From Vitrella brassicaformis CCMP3155 (taxonomy: Eukaryota; Protista; Chromerida): DNA of 64,000 nt. The stretch spans positions 124,001 through 188,000 of the forward strand of contig CDMY01000831.1 of assembly GCA_001179505.1 (NCBI GenBank), written 5' to 3'. Every line of letters begins with the position of its first letter. The first letter of the stretch is position 1. The position numbers and the translations under genes were made by a program. The notes beneath the pieces were generated by a model. The model did not search any database and was not told the origin of the DNA. It saw only the letters and a program-made list of their open reading frames with translations. Positions 26,150-39,300 of the stretch are shown here, piece by piece.

Positions 26150-29100
26150 TGATCAGGTTTGTCGACCGGCGAGAAGCTCGTACTCCCCACAGACGCCTAT
26201 GTGGTGGACTTCAAGACCGCGATTTTCGACGCCGACTCAAGAGTGTGCTCTCATGCTCTCATCTCATGGCTCGCCCGATCAACCACCGAGTGGTATTCCG
26301 AGACGACGAGGACATGGAGGTGATCTAACGAAAGCGCGGAGGGCAAGAGGAAGACTTCTACCGCTCTCGTTTCCCTCACGTACGATGCAAAGACAAACAG
26401 ACACATACACACTGGTGGACCTTCATTTTAGGGCGGTCCAAGCGCAGCCGTGGTACATCCAAGAGGCAGCTGAGCCAGATATGATGGCCAATATCGCTGT
26501 GGAGAACGATTTCAAACCAAACGGCCCCACAGGTGACAAATAGACTCAGCCTCACTGGATCTCTCAGATTCTGTCTCGTCAACTGCTGCACAGGGGACTT
26601 CCATGGCAACAAGGGTTGGGGGACCCTGGAACCCTATCGGCCATGACGGCAACAACAAGTTGGGAGACCCGTGGGATCCCATCGGCCATCACGGCAACGA
26701 CCAGGTCCCATCGCTGTTTGACGGCAAAGAACTAGGCAACGAAGGACTGCGTAAGCATCGATAAACCAGCCAAGATACACTAAGACATGTGACTGACACG
26801 CTCTGTTTCCTGCAGCAGAAGACAGTCAAATGGCAGCGTCCGACAGCGACGAACCAACGGCATCGAGCAACCAGGGGGAGCACCGCTACTGTGGCCCCGC
26901 CAAGAAGCCCATCGCCGTACAAGATGCTCAAGGCCAAGTACAGGCACTCATCTGACCTTGCCCCGACAAGGACAGCGACGACTTCGACCCACACGGGGAG
27001 CACTGTATCTTCGACTACCAAGCCCTTATGATCGCCAGACGGGAGCACGACGATAATGCCCTGGCCGTAAGAGAATACACCAACACACTCACACTCACAT
27101 CGGCACTCACATCGGCAGTCATTTGCGGGACGTGACGTGTCGGCAAGAGAAGACGAATCCATGGTGGGTGGAAGTCCATCATACTCAGAATAGTCACTCC
27201 CTTACTTACTCGGCTGTGGATGTATGTCAGGCGTCCAGCAGCACTTACCCCACCCCCTCACCACAGGAGAACACCCAAAACCTCGGCGGCGACAGCGAGC
27301 CCTCCGCCACCTCGGCCCGATCGATGCAGATGCACCTCCAGCGCGTCTCACTCGACCCAAAAGTAATCGCACTGCTGCCTGTTCTGTGCAAGGTGTATGA
27401 TTCTACTTGCCTATACAGGTTGCGCAAATGGAGCAGACTAGAGAGGTGTGTGACAAGATTATCGACATCATAGAACCGATGGTTGCGGCGGTCATGGATG
27501 ACGGTCAGCAATCATACTCAGACCAGACACTGACTCAGACACATGAGTGGGAAGGACTTCTCATGCACACGCTCATGTGGATGTGAACGTGCAGTGAAGG
27601 CTGAATGTCGAAACAAGATCTACAACTACCTCCTCACCCTCCCCATCAACCAGAATGCCCAAGACGGCAACGAGACCACCGACATCAAGGCCGATACCAA
27701 GACCGCCACTCGCGAGATCAGCGCCATCACCACCTCCACGAAGACGGGCGGCACTGATGGCTCCTACACTGACAGCTCTTCAAGCCTCTTGGATTTCGAC
27801 CCTCATGGAGAGCACTGCATCTTCGACTACCAACCCCTCATGATCGCCAGATGTTAGCACGATGAGAATGCCCTAGCCGTAAGAGAATACACCAACACAC
27901 TCACACTCACATCGGCAGTCATTTGCGAATGTGTGTGGGTGGTGTTTAAATACCTGCCGGCAGATGGTCACTCACGATGATATCCCTGGCGTCAAACCAG
28001 ACGACGACATCACCGGTGAGAACCCCGTGATCTGCTTCAAGTGCGGGAAGGTGATACATGGCGGCATCATCAGCCCTGAAAGAAAGAACGGGCTCAACGT
28101 AAGCACACAGTCACATACAGGTATGCTCCAAAACGCATTGGGACGCCATGCGTCAAACATGTGGTCGACAACAACCGCACACTAGCTGACTACAATGTTC
28201 GAGAGAATGTAAAGTTGCAGCTGCATGTGCGACTACTCGACCTGCTCCAACATCAACGAGTACCGCTGCGATGTGTGGCATTTTTTTCTTTATTTTTCAA
28301 ACCGCTGTCATCCATCGTCACCCTCATGAAGACTCTGCCAGGCTGAGGTCTTAAAGTGCTATCCATGATGAGGCCCGAGTATGTCAAGACTGCTGATGGT
28401 GACTTAGTGGAGACCTTCGAGCTCCAGATGCGGCGTTTCCTCTACTACAACCGAGACGTGAATGCGTGGCTGCAGGTGTGCCATAGGTTTGAGTAGATCC
28501 TCAAGGTCTCATGAGGATGGTACACGTCAGTCAACCTGTGATTACACGGGTCAGTCGAGTGTATGGTTCTATGTGAAATGTCTGTGTTGTGTGTGTGTGT
28601 GTATGCTTGGATGATCTCATTGTTTATATTCGGGCGACCAGCGTGTCACAATAAGATTCGGCAGTCGTCCGTGGATTACATGAGCAAGCGCTCCGACGTC
28701 TACGAGCAGTGAATGGTGGGCGACGATGAGGAGCAGCGCATTATGAAAGTCCACGGAGATGCGACCTGCAAAGGCGCGCCCGGCGTGTGGGGGGATGAGA
28801 CATCGATCAGCGCGGTGTGTCACGCCTATGGAGTCAACTGTTTGGTGCATATTGGGTGAAGGGGGAGAGACAGCTAGGGAAGTGCACATTCCTCTGTGTC
28901 TCTCTCTGTCTCCGTCTCGGTCTCCGTCTCTGTTTGTGTATGCACCTGTGTGTGCATTGGTGTCTTTCTGAACAGGTGTTTCTATATTGTATCGCGTACT
29001 TGAAACCCTCCGTCGAAGAAGCTGGAGAGGTTGAAGAGAAAGACATGATCAGCCCACCAGCGTGGGTTGGCACGAACCTGAAACAAATCATGGGGCACCT

Positions 29101-29990
29101 GACGGGCGATTTCGATAACAACGCCGAACGTGTCTCTAGGAGGATGAGCACGTATGAGACCAAAGAAGAGAGAGAGAACAGCATTTAGCGCCGTCTCCCA
29201 TAGCATGCCTCTTGCGTTGCCTCTTTGTGTTTTTCATGTTTGTCTGTCTTTGTTAGGCCTGGTGTTTGCAAGACGCCGATGAAGGTGACGCCTGCCTGGC
29301 CTACGCTGACAGTCAACGAAAACCCGCACAAGAACGGCACCAACAGCAAAGTCAAGTCGCTCTCTGCAGAAGAGTACTTCACCTGCCTCACCGTTCAGCC
29401 CTTCTACCAGAACCCTGACGGCACACTGCGAGTATGCGAATACATATAAAATATACGAACGAGTCAGACAGAGGTGAGGGGGGAATCGAGAGAGTGATAC
29501 GCTCGCGAATGGGGTGTGGTGTGCTGATTATGTGTAATCAGACATACATGCAGAGTGAGTGGGATCCAGCAGAACGCCGACTGGCTCACTCTGCGAAAGG
29601 TCTACTTCGTCGGAGCCCCAAAGGGGGCGCTGTGGGGACAGTTCATATTGTTCTTCGACGAAAGTGGGGGCCTGGAGGTCTGAATCGAGGGGGCGCCCGT
29701 CGCGCTGAGCAGTATCGAGAAGGGTCACCAAGCACCCTCTCTCAAACAGCACCTCGCAGGTGAGTCAGCACTGAGAGAGTAAGAAAGAGAAACGAGAAAA
29801 GAAACCAAAAGGAGTGAATGAAGAATGTGTGGGGGCTCATGCTATGGATTTGACTTGTCATTTGCAGAAAAAGAAAATGATCCGCAAGGGTGTGGTCTGC
29901 AAGGAGCGGGAGCTACATCAGTAACCCCAGCGTTCCACGAAGAAGACCCGTGTGGCTCCGCCGACCAGCACCTTAATGAGGGCCGGGTCT
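26150..29990 (+). pseudogene. Decayed multi-exon gene with ubiquitin-like fragments and an OTU deubiquitinase-like domain
   Basis: UBL C-terminus-like VDNNRTLADYNVRENVKLQLHVRL (~28161-28240); OTU-like ISLFIFGRPACHNKIRQSSVDYMSKRSDVYEQ*MVGD...GVWGDETSISAVCHAYGVN (28614-28840) with TGA at 28710; further exon-like segments with in-frame stops at 27855, 29681 and 29922. The boundaries and whether it is one gene are uncertain. Confidence 0.55.
26982..27927 (+). repeat. Dispersed ~140 bp exon+intron duplication (26982-27127 and 27794-27927)
   Basis: Both copies encode DFDPHGEHCIFDYQxLMIAR followed by GTAAGAGAATACACCAACACACTCACACTCACATCGGCA. The second copy has TAG at 27855. Confidence 0.85.
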
Positions 29991-30790
29991 CACTCACTCT
30001 GCATGTCCTCCTGATAGCGCAGAATCACCAATCCACACTATATATCCGCATGTATACCGCTATCTCAGACCCACCCTATTGTGACTGACTCGCTCGTTTT
30101 GTGTATCTTACGTGTGTCTACGTACCCGCAACAAGCGAGCAGCCTCAGGCGCTAAAAGTAGACATCCCTACACAGACAAGCTCTTCTTCTCTTTCCTGCC
30201 GAGTGCCAATTCGATGTTTGCAAAGGACAAGTGTATGTTCATATCATGCCATCAATACATGTCTCTTCACGAATGGCGTTCAGTCGCTCACGGCGATGCA
30301 CCGAAATGTCGATCGATCACCTTGAAACAGGGACTTGGCTAAAGACAGCGCGCTACCTGGCGGCACATCCTACGCTCTTAGCCGTCCGAGAGAGCACAGC
30401 GCCACACTCGCCATCAACAAAAATCATCATTGCGAAGACCGCTACGAAAAAGGAGGCCCACACGAAGGAAGGCAGGCACACAAACCGACAGTAACCGGGA
30501 GTGAGTGAGTGAGTGAGTGCACATGTGTACGCACGCAATCGACAGCCAGGTGACGGACAGACATGCAATACCCGGCCCCACACATCACTAGGCGACACTA
30601 CACTACACACCAACACACCACGACACTACACGTCTCTCTATCGTACACCCGATCGCCAAACAACCCCTCTTTGGAGCACATGGCGACCAGACATGCACCA
30701 ACACGCTATCACTCATACACGCCGCGCCCACCCACAGTCGATACACACTTAATAAAAGCAATAATCCTTATGCACATATACATGCTCCTG

Positions 30791-32386
30791 TCAGTTGGGC
30801 GGCTCCTCTCCTGGTGCAACAGCGGCACCAGCAGCAGCAGGGGCAGCAGCCGGCTGTCCGTCGTTGGCATTGTCATGCTGTTCATTGACGGGTGGGGGGG
30901 TGACGGTGGCCGGTGGGGCGGGGATGGCGTCCGTGTAGGGCAGAAACAGACTCATCGGCAGCTCAAATGCCACAGGCCCCACAAGCTCGGTGTGCTTCAG
31001 CTGCCCCACACCCCCAACCGCCCGCCACTTGTGCATTAGCCCAGCCAGCGCCCTCTCACAGACACGCGAATGGTCCCTGCCGGCGCCCGCCTCACCACCA
31101 GAGGCCGTGTGTGGGGCCTTCCACAGCTTGAGACGGATCAGCACAGAAGAGCTGGCGGGGAGGGGAGGGGGAGGGGCGCCAGGCTGTGTGTTGGTTGCCA
31201 CGGGCAGCGAGTAGAGGACTGTGGCGACGGCCAGTATGTCGCGGCTACTGTGGGCTGATGAGGAGGGTGAGCTGCGGGGGGTGGGGGGAGGGGAGGAGAG
31301 GTCGTCGGCGCGTGCAGTGTCATCCACACCACCCTGTAGGTGCCGATAGAACGTCTCAACCTGGATGGACGGACACCCACACAAGGGGAAGGATGATATT
31401 CTGACAGAGAGTGAGAAATGTGCTGTGTTCTACCTCTCTTCCTGCCTACCTTGTAGCGTGGCCTCGTTGCGGCCTGAGCAGCTGCCAACGACGCACCTGT
31501 GGTGTCTTGTCTGATGACCCTCTCCCACTGGTCCCTCCTCAGATGGCCAAGCAGCGCCATACCGCCCTCACGGACGTACACCATGCACTCAAACGCAGGC
31601 CGCGTGTAGCTGTCCAGGTACTTGCACACAGCGAAGCACACAAGCTGCCCTTTGCGCGACAGGTGCAGCAGCGACAGGGGCGACATCATGGCGCTGTCGC
31701 TTCTGTGGCTGGCGGGCGCCGGCAGTGCGTCAGACGACCCTCTCACCGCCCGGCAGAGGGCCGCCAGCTGCCGCACGTTGTAGTCGACACCGAGTGGACG
31801 GCCGTCTGTGTGCTGGAGGAAGTGGCGCATGAGGGTGTACTGCAACAAGTCCTCCGGTAGATCGCGGAGCAGCGAGAGGGAGGGGATGTCGCTGAGCAGC
31901 CTGGATGCATCCAGAGTGAAGGTGCTGCCGCCAGAGGAGGGAAACAGGCTGGCAATCAGGCGGCTCAGGTCCTCCCACCTCCTCCAGTCGCCCGCCGCCT
32001 CAATCAGACAGCACAGCTGACGCCAAGACGACTCCTCCGTGACGGCGATGGACAAACCGCCACCCAGCGAGATGCGCGACGGCTTTCTCAGGCACGAATG
32101 AGCTGACACCGATGCACTCGCCGTGCGGGAAACGACGCGCAGGCGGCTGAACCAATCAAAACAACCAGAGATATGGAATCCGTCGCTGTGGTTGGTTGCC
32201 CTCCCCACCCTCTTACAAGTAGAATGATCCGAGGGCACGTCGGTGCGAGCGGCATGTGGTCCTCAGTATGACACACTCGGTGGCGGCGAGGTGGTCGGCG
32301 ACGCCGTAGATGACGTCAATACTCACGTTCGTGAGGTCAAGAGCCGAAGAGAGGTTGGCAGTCGACCTGGCCTTTCGCGTGGACAT
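30791..32386 (-). CDS. Lineage-specific protein with an N-terminal F-box-like helix motif, multi-exon
   Basis: ATG at 32386 gives MSTRKARSTANLSSALDLTNVSIDVIYGVADHLAATECVILRTTCRSHRR (F-box-like pattern), followed by exons in ORFs 31138-32238 and 30791-31384 with plausible GT/AG boundaries. Confidence 0.6.
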
Positions 32387-32915
32387 TTTCAGTCACTCCC
32401 AAGCCTCCATCCAAGCACACGTGGCAGCCGGGAGGCTCCTGAAGACACAGATCACAGAACGAAGCGAAGGGTAAGCGGTGTGCACATCAACTGTGCGTGA
32501 ACTGCCTTTATTCTCGCACCTGACCACAGGACACTGAGATCCATAACCACAGAAGGGAGATGAGGTCCCTTTGGGAGCGCGAAGCAGGGCTGGAAGGGCC
32601 TGCGAGCTTTAGCTCGCAGAAAAGGCGACGGCAGGAGGGAGGAGGCGAAAGCGGGTTCGCCTCATCCTGCAGCAACCAAGAGCTGCCAGGGACGCACACA
32701 TGAGATCTATCACTCAAGCCGCAAGAGTAGCCAGCCGGCTGCAGCCCTCACTCTCCCTCCCATCTGATGCTCCCGCAGCAGTAACGTCACTTATCTGGGC
32801 CAGATGCAGCCAACGTTGTCAGCATTCGACCTCAAGATCTCACTCCAGCAGCAGCAGCGGCACAATCAGTCCGGTGGTGACCTCTGCAACAAGGCCGCTC
32901 TTTCCATGGTCGTCA

Positions 32916-35392
32916 ATGAGTCATGGTGGCGCTGAGCAAACACCACGAGCAAGGCGGGCGGAGGGGCTGTCGTTTGCCCTGTTTGCTGCGGTGGGCATTG
33001 GTGGGGCGTGGCTGGCTGGTTGGGGCGTCAAGAGGCGGCGGATGGCGCATTGTGAGGAGCGGGATGCCTCCGAGCTGCCGGACGAGGAGCCGGCCACCGT
33101 GGGAGGCGAAGAGATGAGGTCCGTTAAGGAATGCCTCTGTGTCTGGCTGGCATGCACCTCTGCAAGCGTCGTATCGTGTGTCGTTGCTCCTTTGTTTTGT
33201 GATTCTGTGTGTGCAGTAGCGACTATTACGACGAGGTGGCCGAGTTCAGCGAGATGAAGATCTTCGCCGGCAGCAGCAGCCCTGAGCTGGCCAGGGAAAT
33301 ATGCGCACACCTGGGCATCTCGGTAACACACACACAGCCCACACACACTGACGGAATCCTTGATGGATGTGTGGCGTGCATTTCTCTCATCAGTTGGGTC
33401 GTGCCTTCTGCGGCAAGTTCGCTGACGGAGAAGTAAGGCGATCAGATGGCTTCATCCTCCTTGCTGCCCGCTTCATGTGTGTGCTTGCGTGTGCTGTCCG
33501 CAACCACTCCCTATTGTCCAGATCGCGGTGCAGGTGCTCGACGAGGTGCGTGGGGGTGACGTGTACGTCCTCCAGAGTGCCCCCCACAGCGAGAAGGACA
33601 CTGACTCGGCCTTCATGGAACTGCTGCTCATGACGTCGGCACTGCGAAGGTCGTCGGCCAAACGCATCACCGCTGTCATCCCATACCTCAGGTGTGCAGA
33701 TCGGCAAACAATCACACACACACATACACGAACCAGTTCCTTGCTCTATCTTGCTCCTCTCTCTGTATATACCCACCGCTGCACTGCATGCCATGCAGCT
33801 ATGCGCGTCAGACGCAAGTGTTTGAGGCCCATCGCCCACGGCCGATAGCTGCCGCTGATGTGGCACTCATGGTCGGTCAGCCAGCACACAACGACGTTCA
33901 CTAGTGAACGTCCCAGTGTGTTTTCTTTGCTGTCTGGTGCGTGGCGTGATGCATGAGTGCAGCTGTCGACGTTGGGCGTGGACCGCGTCATCTTGGTGGA
34001 CGTTCACAACCCCAGAATGGAGGTGCGTGGGGATGGGCCACACGTATGTTCATGCTTTTCTCCCAGTCTCTCCTGCCTGCCTGTCTGTCTGTCTGTCTGT
34101 ATGGCATGTGTGTCGCTAGGGTTTCTTCCCCACTGAGGTCCCCGTGCATAACATCGACGCACAGGCGCTGGCCGTCCAATACTTCAAGAAGAAAGTGAGT
34201 GAGAACCACCACGGAAAGAGAGAGATAAGATCCACCAGCACTCGACCACCCCGCCTTTGTGTTCATCTCCTCCCATCAGCATCTGGAGAAGGTGGTTGTG
34301 GTAGCGACCGACAATATGGGCGGCGAGCGGACAAAAGCCTTCTGGAACAGGCTGACGCGGGTGGGCATCGACGCGGGTCTGGCGTCCATGGTGTCCAACC
34401 GGCCGGAGCGGAGCCGCAGGGAGGGCTCGCCGCTCGTCCTGACGCCGCCTGGGTCCCTCGCCGACCACACCATCATCACCCAAGCTGGGGAGAAAAAGTG
34501 AGTGCATCGGACAGACACCGAGACAGATAATGGTATGGTGTGGAAATGTGTGTCTGTGTGTGTCTGTGGTTCGGACAGGAATGTTGCGAGTCTGGGTCGG
34601 CATGATTGGCTTGTGGGTGACGTCAAGGGGTGCGACTGCATCATTGTGGACGACATCATCGACACGGTGAGCCAGCGGGACACACTCACGCACAGCAGAG
34701 AGGCAGGCACACAGGAGATCGATGATGACCATCTGTCTGTGGTGTGTGTGGGTATGTGCACACAATGCAGGGAAGTCGGGCCTTCAAGACAGCCAATTTC
34801 CTCAAGAAAGCCGGTAGCCAACAAGACACACATGCATTGAACCGATCCACCTTTGATCGATCTGTCTGTCTCTGTGTGTGTTTAGGTGCCCGTCGTATTT
34901 TCATGTACGCGACCCACGGTGTGTTTTCCAAGGGCGCGATAGACCGCATCAACAAGTCCCCCATCGATGAGCTCATCGTCACCAACTCCATCCCATTGCC
35001 TAACGTACACACACACACACACACGCGCACACACGCCAGACAAAGCAGCGGTGTCATGTGCTGCGTGTGTGTGTGTCTGTGTGTGTGTGTTCAGTACATT
35101 TTTTCCGAGAAGCTGCGGGTGCTGTCGATCGGCAAACTGCTCGCCGAGGTCAGCCAGGGGTGAGAGGGGGAGAGCAGAGCTGCCTGATTATGTATGTGGC
35201 CACTGTGCTGTGTCTGTGTGTGTCTGTGTGGTGTGTGCAGACCATTCGCCGCGTGCACACAAACTCGTCCGTGTCGGTGCTTTTCCAGGTGAGTGGCCAC
35301 CCATCACACAGACGTGGGCTTGTGCAGGAATTGCGTGTTGCATGTGTGTGGGTCTTCAGGACGCGTTCATTGCAAAACAGCATATGGCCTAG
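32916..35392 (+). CDS. Ribose-phosphate pyrophosphokinase (PRPP synthetase)-like protein with an N-terminal hydrophobic extension and divergent active-site motifs
   Basis: [21 protein letters not shown]; KFADGE; [11 protein letters not shown]; [30 protein letters not shown]; VDVHNP; [20 protein letters not shown]; [14 protein letters not shown]; ELIVTNSIP; [24 protein letters not shown]. Confidence 0.92.
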
Positions 35393-35893
35393 GCAGAGGG
35401 AGGCGCTCTGGTCTGTCTTTCTCTTTGCGGCGTGAGACGGACGGGCCAGGCCGCCTTCGGATTGCATGTCACCATTGCCAAAGATGGTGGAACACACTCG
35501 GAGAGCGGCTTGGGTCGCCGGTCTCCGGTCGCAGAGAGAGGAAGACAAGCCAGAGATGGGTCTCTCTTGCGTTGTTGTTCACTTGGTGCTTGGTCCCGTT
35601 GGTTGGTGTAAGAGAGAGGCAGAGAGAGATGATCGGCCGGACGTTTATTTGTCTTTCTTTCTCTTTGTGTTGGGCAAGTGATGGCAATGGGTTGAGAACT
35701 GTGTGTCATTGTGCTCGTGTCAGGGAGGCCGCTGACGGACCATGGCCGATTGCACGTCTCGATTGGCAGAAGTCGTGACGCGCAGTAGGTTCTGGGCCGG
35801 ATGCGCGCGCCTTGTCATAGGCAAGAATGACAGACTGACTTTGGGTGGGGGGTGTGGGTGCGTACGTTCTCCATCGATCATAGAGATGCTGCG

Positions 35894-36030
35894 CGGTGTG
35901 TATAGTCGTCACTGCGTGCGTGTTGTGACACTCATGGTTGCGAGACGATGACCGACAGAGACAAGGGTCACACACATAAATCCTTATTCCGAGTCGAACC
36001 TTCCTCTCGGCACACCGACAAGCCTCACAC
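35894..36030. repeat. ~135 bp direct repeat, copy 1 (copy 2 at 45906-46040)
   Basis: CGGTGTGTATAGTCGTCACTGCGTG...CTCATGGTTGCGA...GACAGAGACAAGGGTCACACACATAAATCCTTAT...AACCTTCCTCTCGGCACACC is shared with only scattered substitutions. Confidence 0.92.
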
Positions 36031-36384
36031 ACTTGGCAGTGAGTGACCTCTGACGACAGGTCGTGATGCATCGGATGTGTCGACGACTAATTAATGGCAT
36101 GTGGTGGGTTTGTTTGTGACCTGTGTGTGAAGCGTTCGTTCATCATGTGTGTGACCGGTGGCCTGGGTGGAGTAAACACGGTCTGGCGGGAAGCTTTATA
36201 TATTCACACACTATAAAGGGCACCACACACATACACACGGAAGAGGTCTCACAGATACATACATACGGAGAGATGCGTATACACACACATCAATGAGCAC
36301 GTGAGTGGCTGGCGCCATCGGCGCATGAGAGCTACTAATTCGATCCACGGTCGGGCTGTCTAACGGTCTGCGCCCCTACGTCAT

Positions 36385-39300
36385 TCAGTCGTCGTCACAG
36401 TGGCCCTGGTCGTACACGGGCCCCGATTGATTCTTGATGCACTGAGTGCGACAGATGGGACACGGCATCTTCCTGCCGGTGTGCGTCTTCTTGAGATTCT
36501 CGAAACAACCTAAACGCCCACATGCGACCACCAATCCGTGACACACAGCGGCTGGTGCGACACTCACTGGCCCACCCAGGCACCTGTGCAGAGGCATTTG
36601 TGTCGACATGGCCACAGCGCCACGACATTGGGCTCCTCCTGGCACACCACGCATGATGTGATGCTCTGCTTGGGCTTGCCCCTCTCCTCATCCAGCTGCT
36701 GCTGCATATCAGCGATCTTCTTGGCCGTCGCCTCCTCCTGACGCTTCAGCTGCTCGGCCGCCTCCTTCTCACGCGCCTCACGCTCGGCCGCGATGCGCCG
36801 CTCCACGTCACGCTGGAAGTCCACACTCTCGAGCCGCCTCTGGTGGTCGAAGGAGCGGCTGAGCAGGTCCTTGAGACCCTGGCTCTCATGCAGGGCCGCA
36901 TCCTGGAAGCTCATGACATCCTCGAGTGACCTAAGGGTGTTCAGCTTGTCTAGGGTCAGCCTGACAGACAGAACAGGGCGGACAGATGGAGAGAGATGAG
37001 GTGGCAAGGAAGGCTGTGGGTGTTGCGTGCCCCACCGCTCCCCGTCGCGTCGCTTGAGCTCGTCATGCTGCTCGATTAAGCCCTGCAGACGGGTCTCGGA
37101 TGCCTCACGGTCGGTAGCAGCCTGGCCGACCTCATACACCAACCTGCAGCAGCAGCAGCAGCAGGCGGCACAGATGCACAAGAATCCATGTAATCGTCGT
37201 CTCCTCTCTGTGCTTTCTCACTTGGCGATGTCCTGATCGATTTCCTCCAGCCGCTTGGACGCCAGCACACACCTCTCGGGGATCTCGAGCTCGCTGCCCT
37301 CTAGCTCCTCCAGCCACTGGACGGACTCGCCGGCCGCTGCAGAGGGAGGACCGACCGGCGAGGGGGCTTCTGGGGGCAAGTAGGGGCGCATGCAAGACCC
37401 GTCATGTGTGTCGGGGGCCGGCTCCTCCGATGATGATGACGCATCAGGAGTATTCTGGGCGAGATGCACCAGCCGGTGGCTACTCGAGAGCACGAGCGCC
37501 TGCAGCTCGTTGAAGCGGCCGTTGATGGTCTCCTGGAAGTGCTTGACGTCATCAGCAGTGGCCTGGAGGGCAAGTTCGTCGTCGGTGAGGCTGCAACAGG
37601 AAAGACAGATACATGAAAGGGGGATAGTGCATGGATGGGTGGGGCACGGGCTGCGCGTACGTGGGGTTGGCCGTCTTGAGTCTGTCGTTTTCTTCGACCA
37701 GGCGCTCCTCGTGGGATGTTGACGCCTCGGCCATGGCCGTCTCAGCCCGCAACCTCTCTTCCAGCCTGCCCCATACACACAGCCACAAACAGGCGACTAT
37801 GCCTCCCGCGAGTATTCGTGTGGTCATCGTCTGTGCTTACTCTTTCTTTTGCTTGTGAGCTGAGATGGCGTCCCTCTTGATGACCTCCCACCGATCCGCG
37901 GCCGACTGCAGCGAAGCGGCAATCGCCTCCTGCTGGTCAAGGTCCTCGTCATCCGCAGCACCACTGCACACACACACACACACACACAGATCAGACAAGG
38001 ACGAATAGCGATGCGGCCCCTCCCATATCTGTGTGTATGTCTGTGCCGACCGTGCAGGCGGCGGGGGAGCACTCGACGAAGACGACGGCATGGCATCGAT
38101 CTTATCCTCAAGACTGCCACGCACACACACGAGCAGCTGGTTGCCGCGATGGATGCGGGCATTGACAGTCACGTACGTGTGAGGGATGCCTGGAGGGACG
38201 GACAGAGGGCCACTGGGCATCTCAGAACCAACACCAGAGCTGCAGGGAAAGCCAAGAAGATACATACCATCGATATGTGCTATCTACGTGTCGCATCTCG
38301 GCATTTATCGACTTACGGGCCCGGCACGTCGTCTGCACCACCCGGCTGGTATGCCGATGCCGCACCTCCACCCGCAGCTTTCTTGTCCTTTTTCTTCCCT
38401 CTCGTGGTCCCACTCGTTGACGGAAACAGAGACGGTCGGCTGGCATGAGACTCCAGGCTGCACACACCGATTCATCCGGTCGCATTTTTGTGTCTTCTGA
38501 CCTCTCCTTCTTGGCTATGCCGTCGGTCAGGCCCGCCCGCAGCTGAGCCATCACATTTGCGGGGGGGAAGCTGCACACACAAGCCACATTGTCGGCTACA
38601 GACCACACAGTCGACTGGGGCTACGTTTCCCTACTGGTCCTGTCGGCTTGACGACTGTGCAGTGGATGGCCGGTCGATAGGTGTGGTGCTGGCCGTCGAT
38701 GATGCCGGCGGGTCGGCAAATGAGGACCTGATGGATGGATGGATGGATGACACACAACAGGGCCCCATCAAAGGAGTCACTCGGTGTGCTGTGAGCGGTT
38801 CTTGTGTGTGCCTCACGATGAGCTGGACGGCCGCTGGGCAGCAAACGAATGGCTGGCCGGTGCGCCATGAGCAGGGGAGAGAGGGAGAGGAGGGAATGGT
38901 GGTGGGCGGACATCAGCTGGAGGCTCCTGGCTGAGGACATGTTGCTGCTGGTGGTGCTGGTCACTCGGGGCGTCAGAGGATGCCGGCTCGACACTGTGCA
39001 CCACACACAAGAAGGACAACAGATGGGGGCTATTGGGCAGGAGTGTCAATGGCTCTGTCTGCACCTGTCGCTGTGTGTGTCTGGCGGGCAGCTCGGCGCA
39101 GCAGCTTCCTCCGTCGCATCATCTACTTCTTCAGTCTGGTGCTGAGTGTCGTCGGCCTCCTCCGTCTCGCCATCTCCCGCTGACTCGGCCTGCTCAGCCG
39201 CCAATCGCTGAAGGCAAAATGACACACACATGCAGTATCCATGTGTGCAGCGGTGGATGACGGGGGTACTTTGAGTCGCTTCTGCTCGCGCTTTCTGGCG

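Noticed and set aside
26590-27930. CRISPR-like or regularly spaced repeat array
   Set aside because: The repeats are imperfect, coding-derived and lack constant-length unique spacers; the context is eukaryotic with no cas genes.
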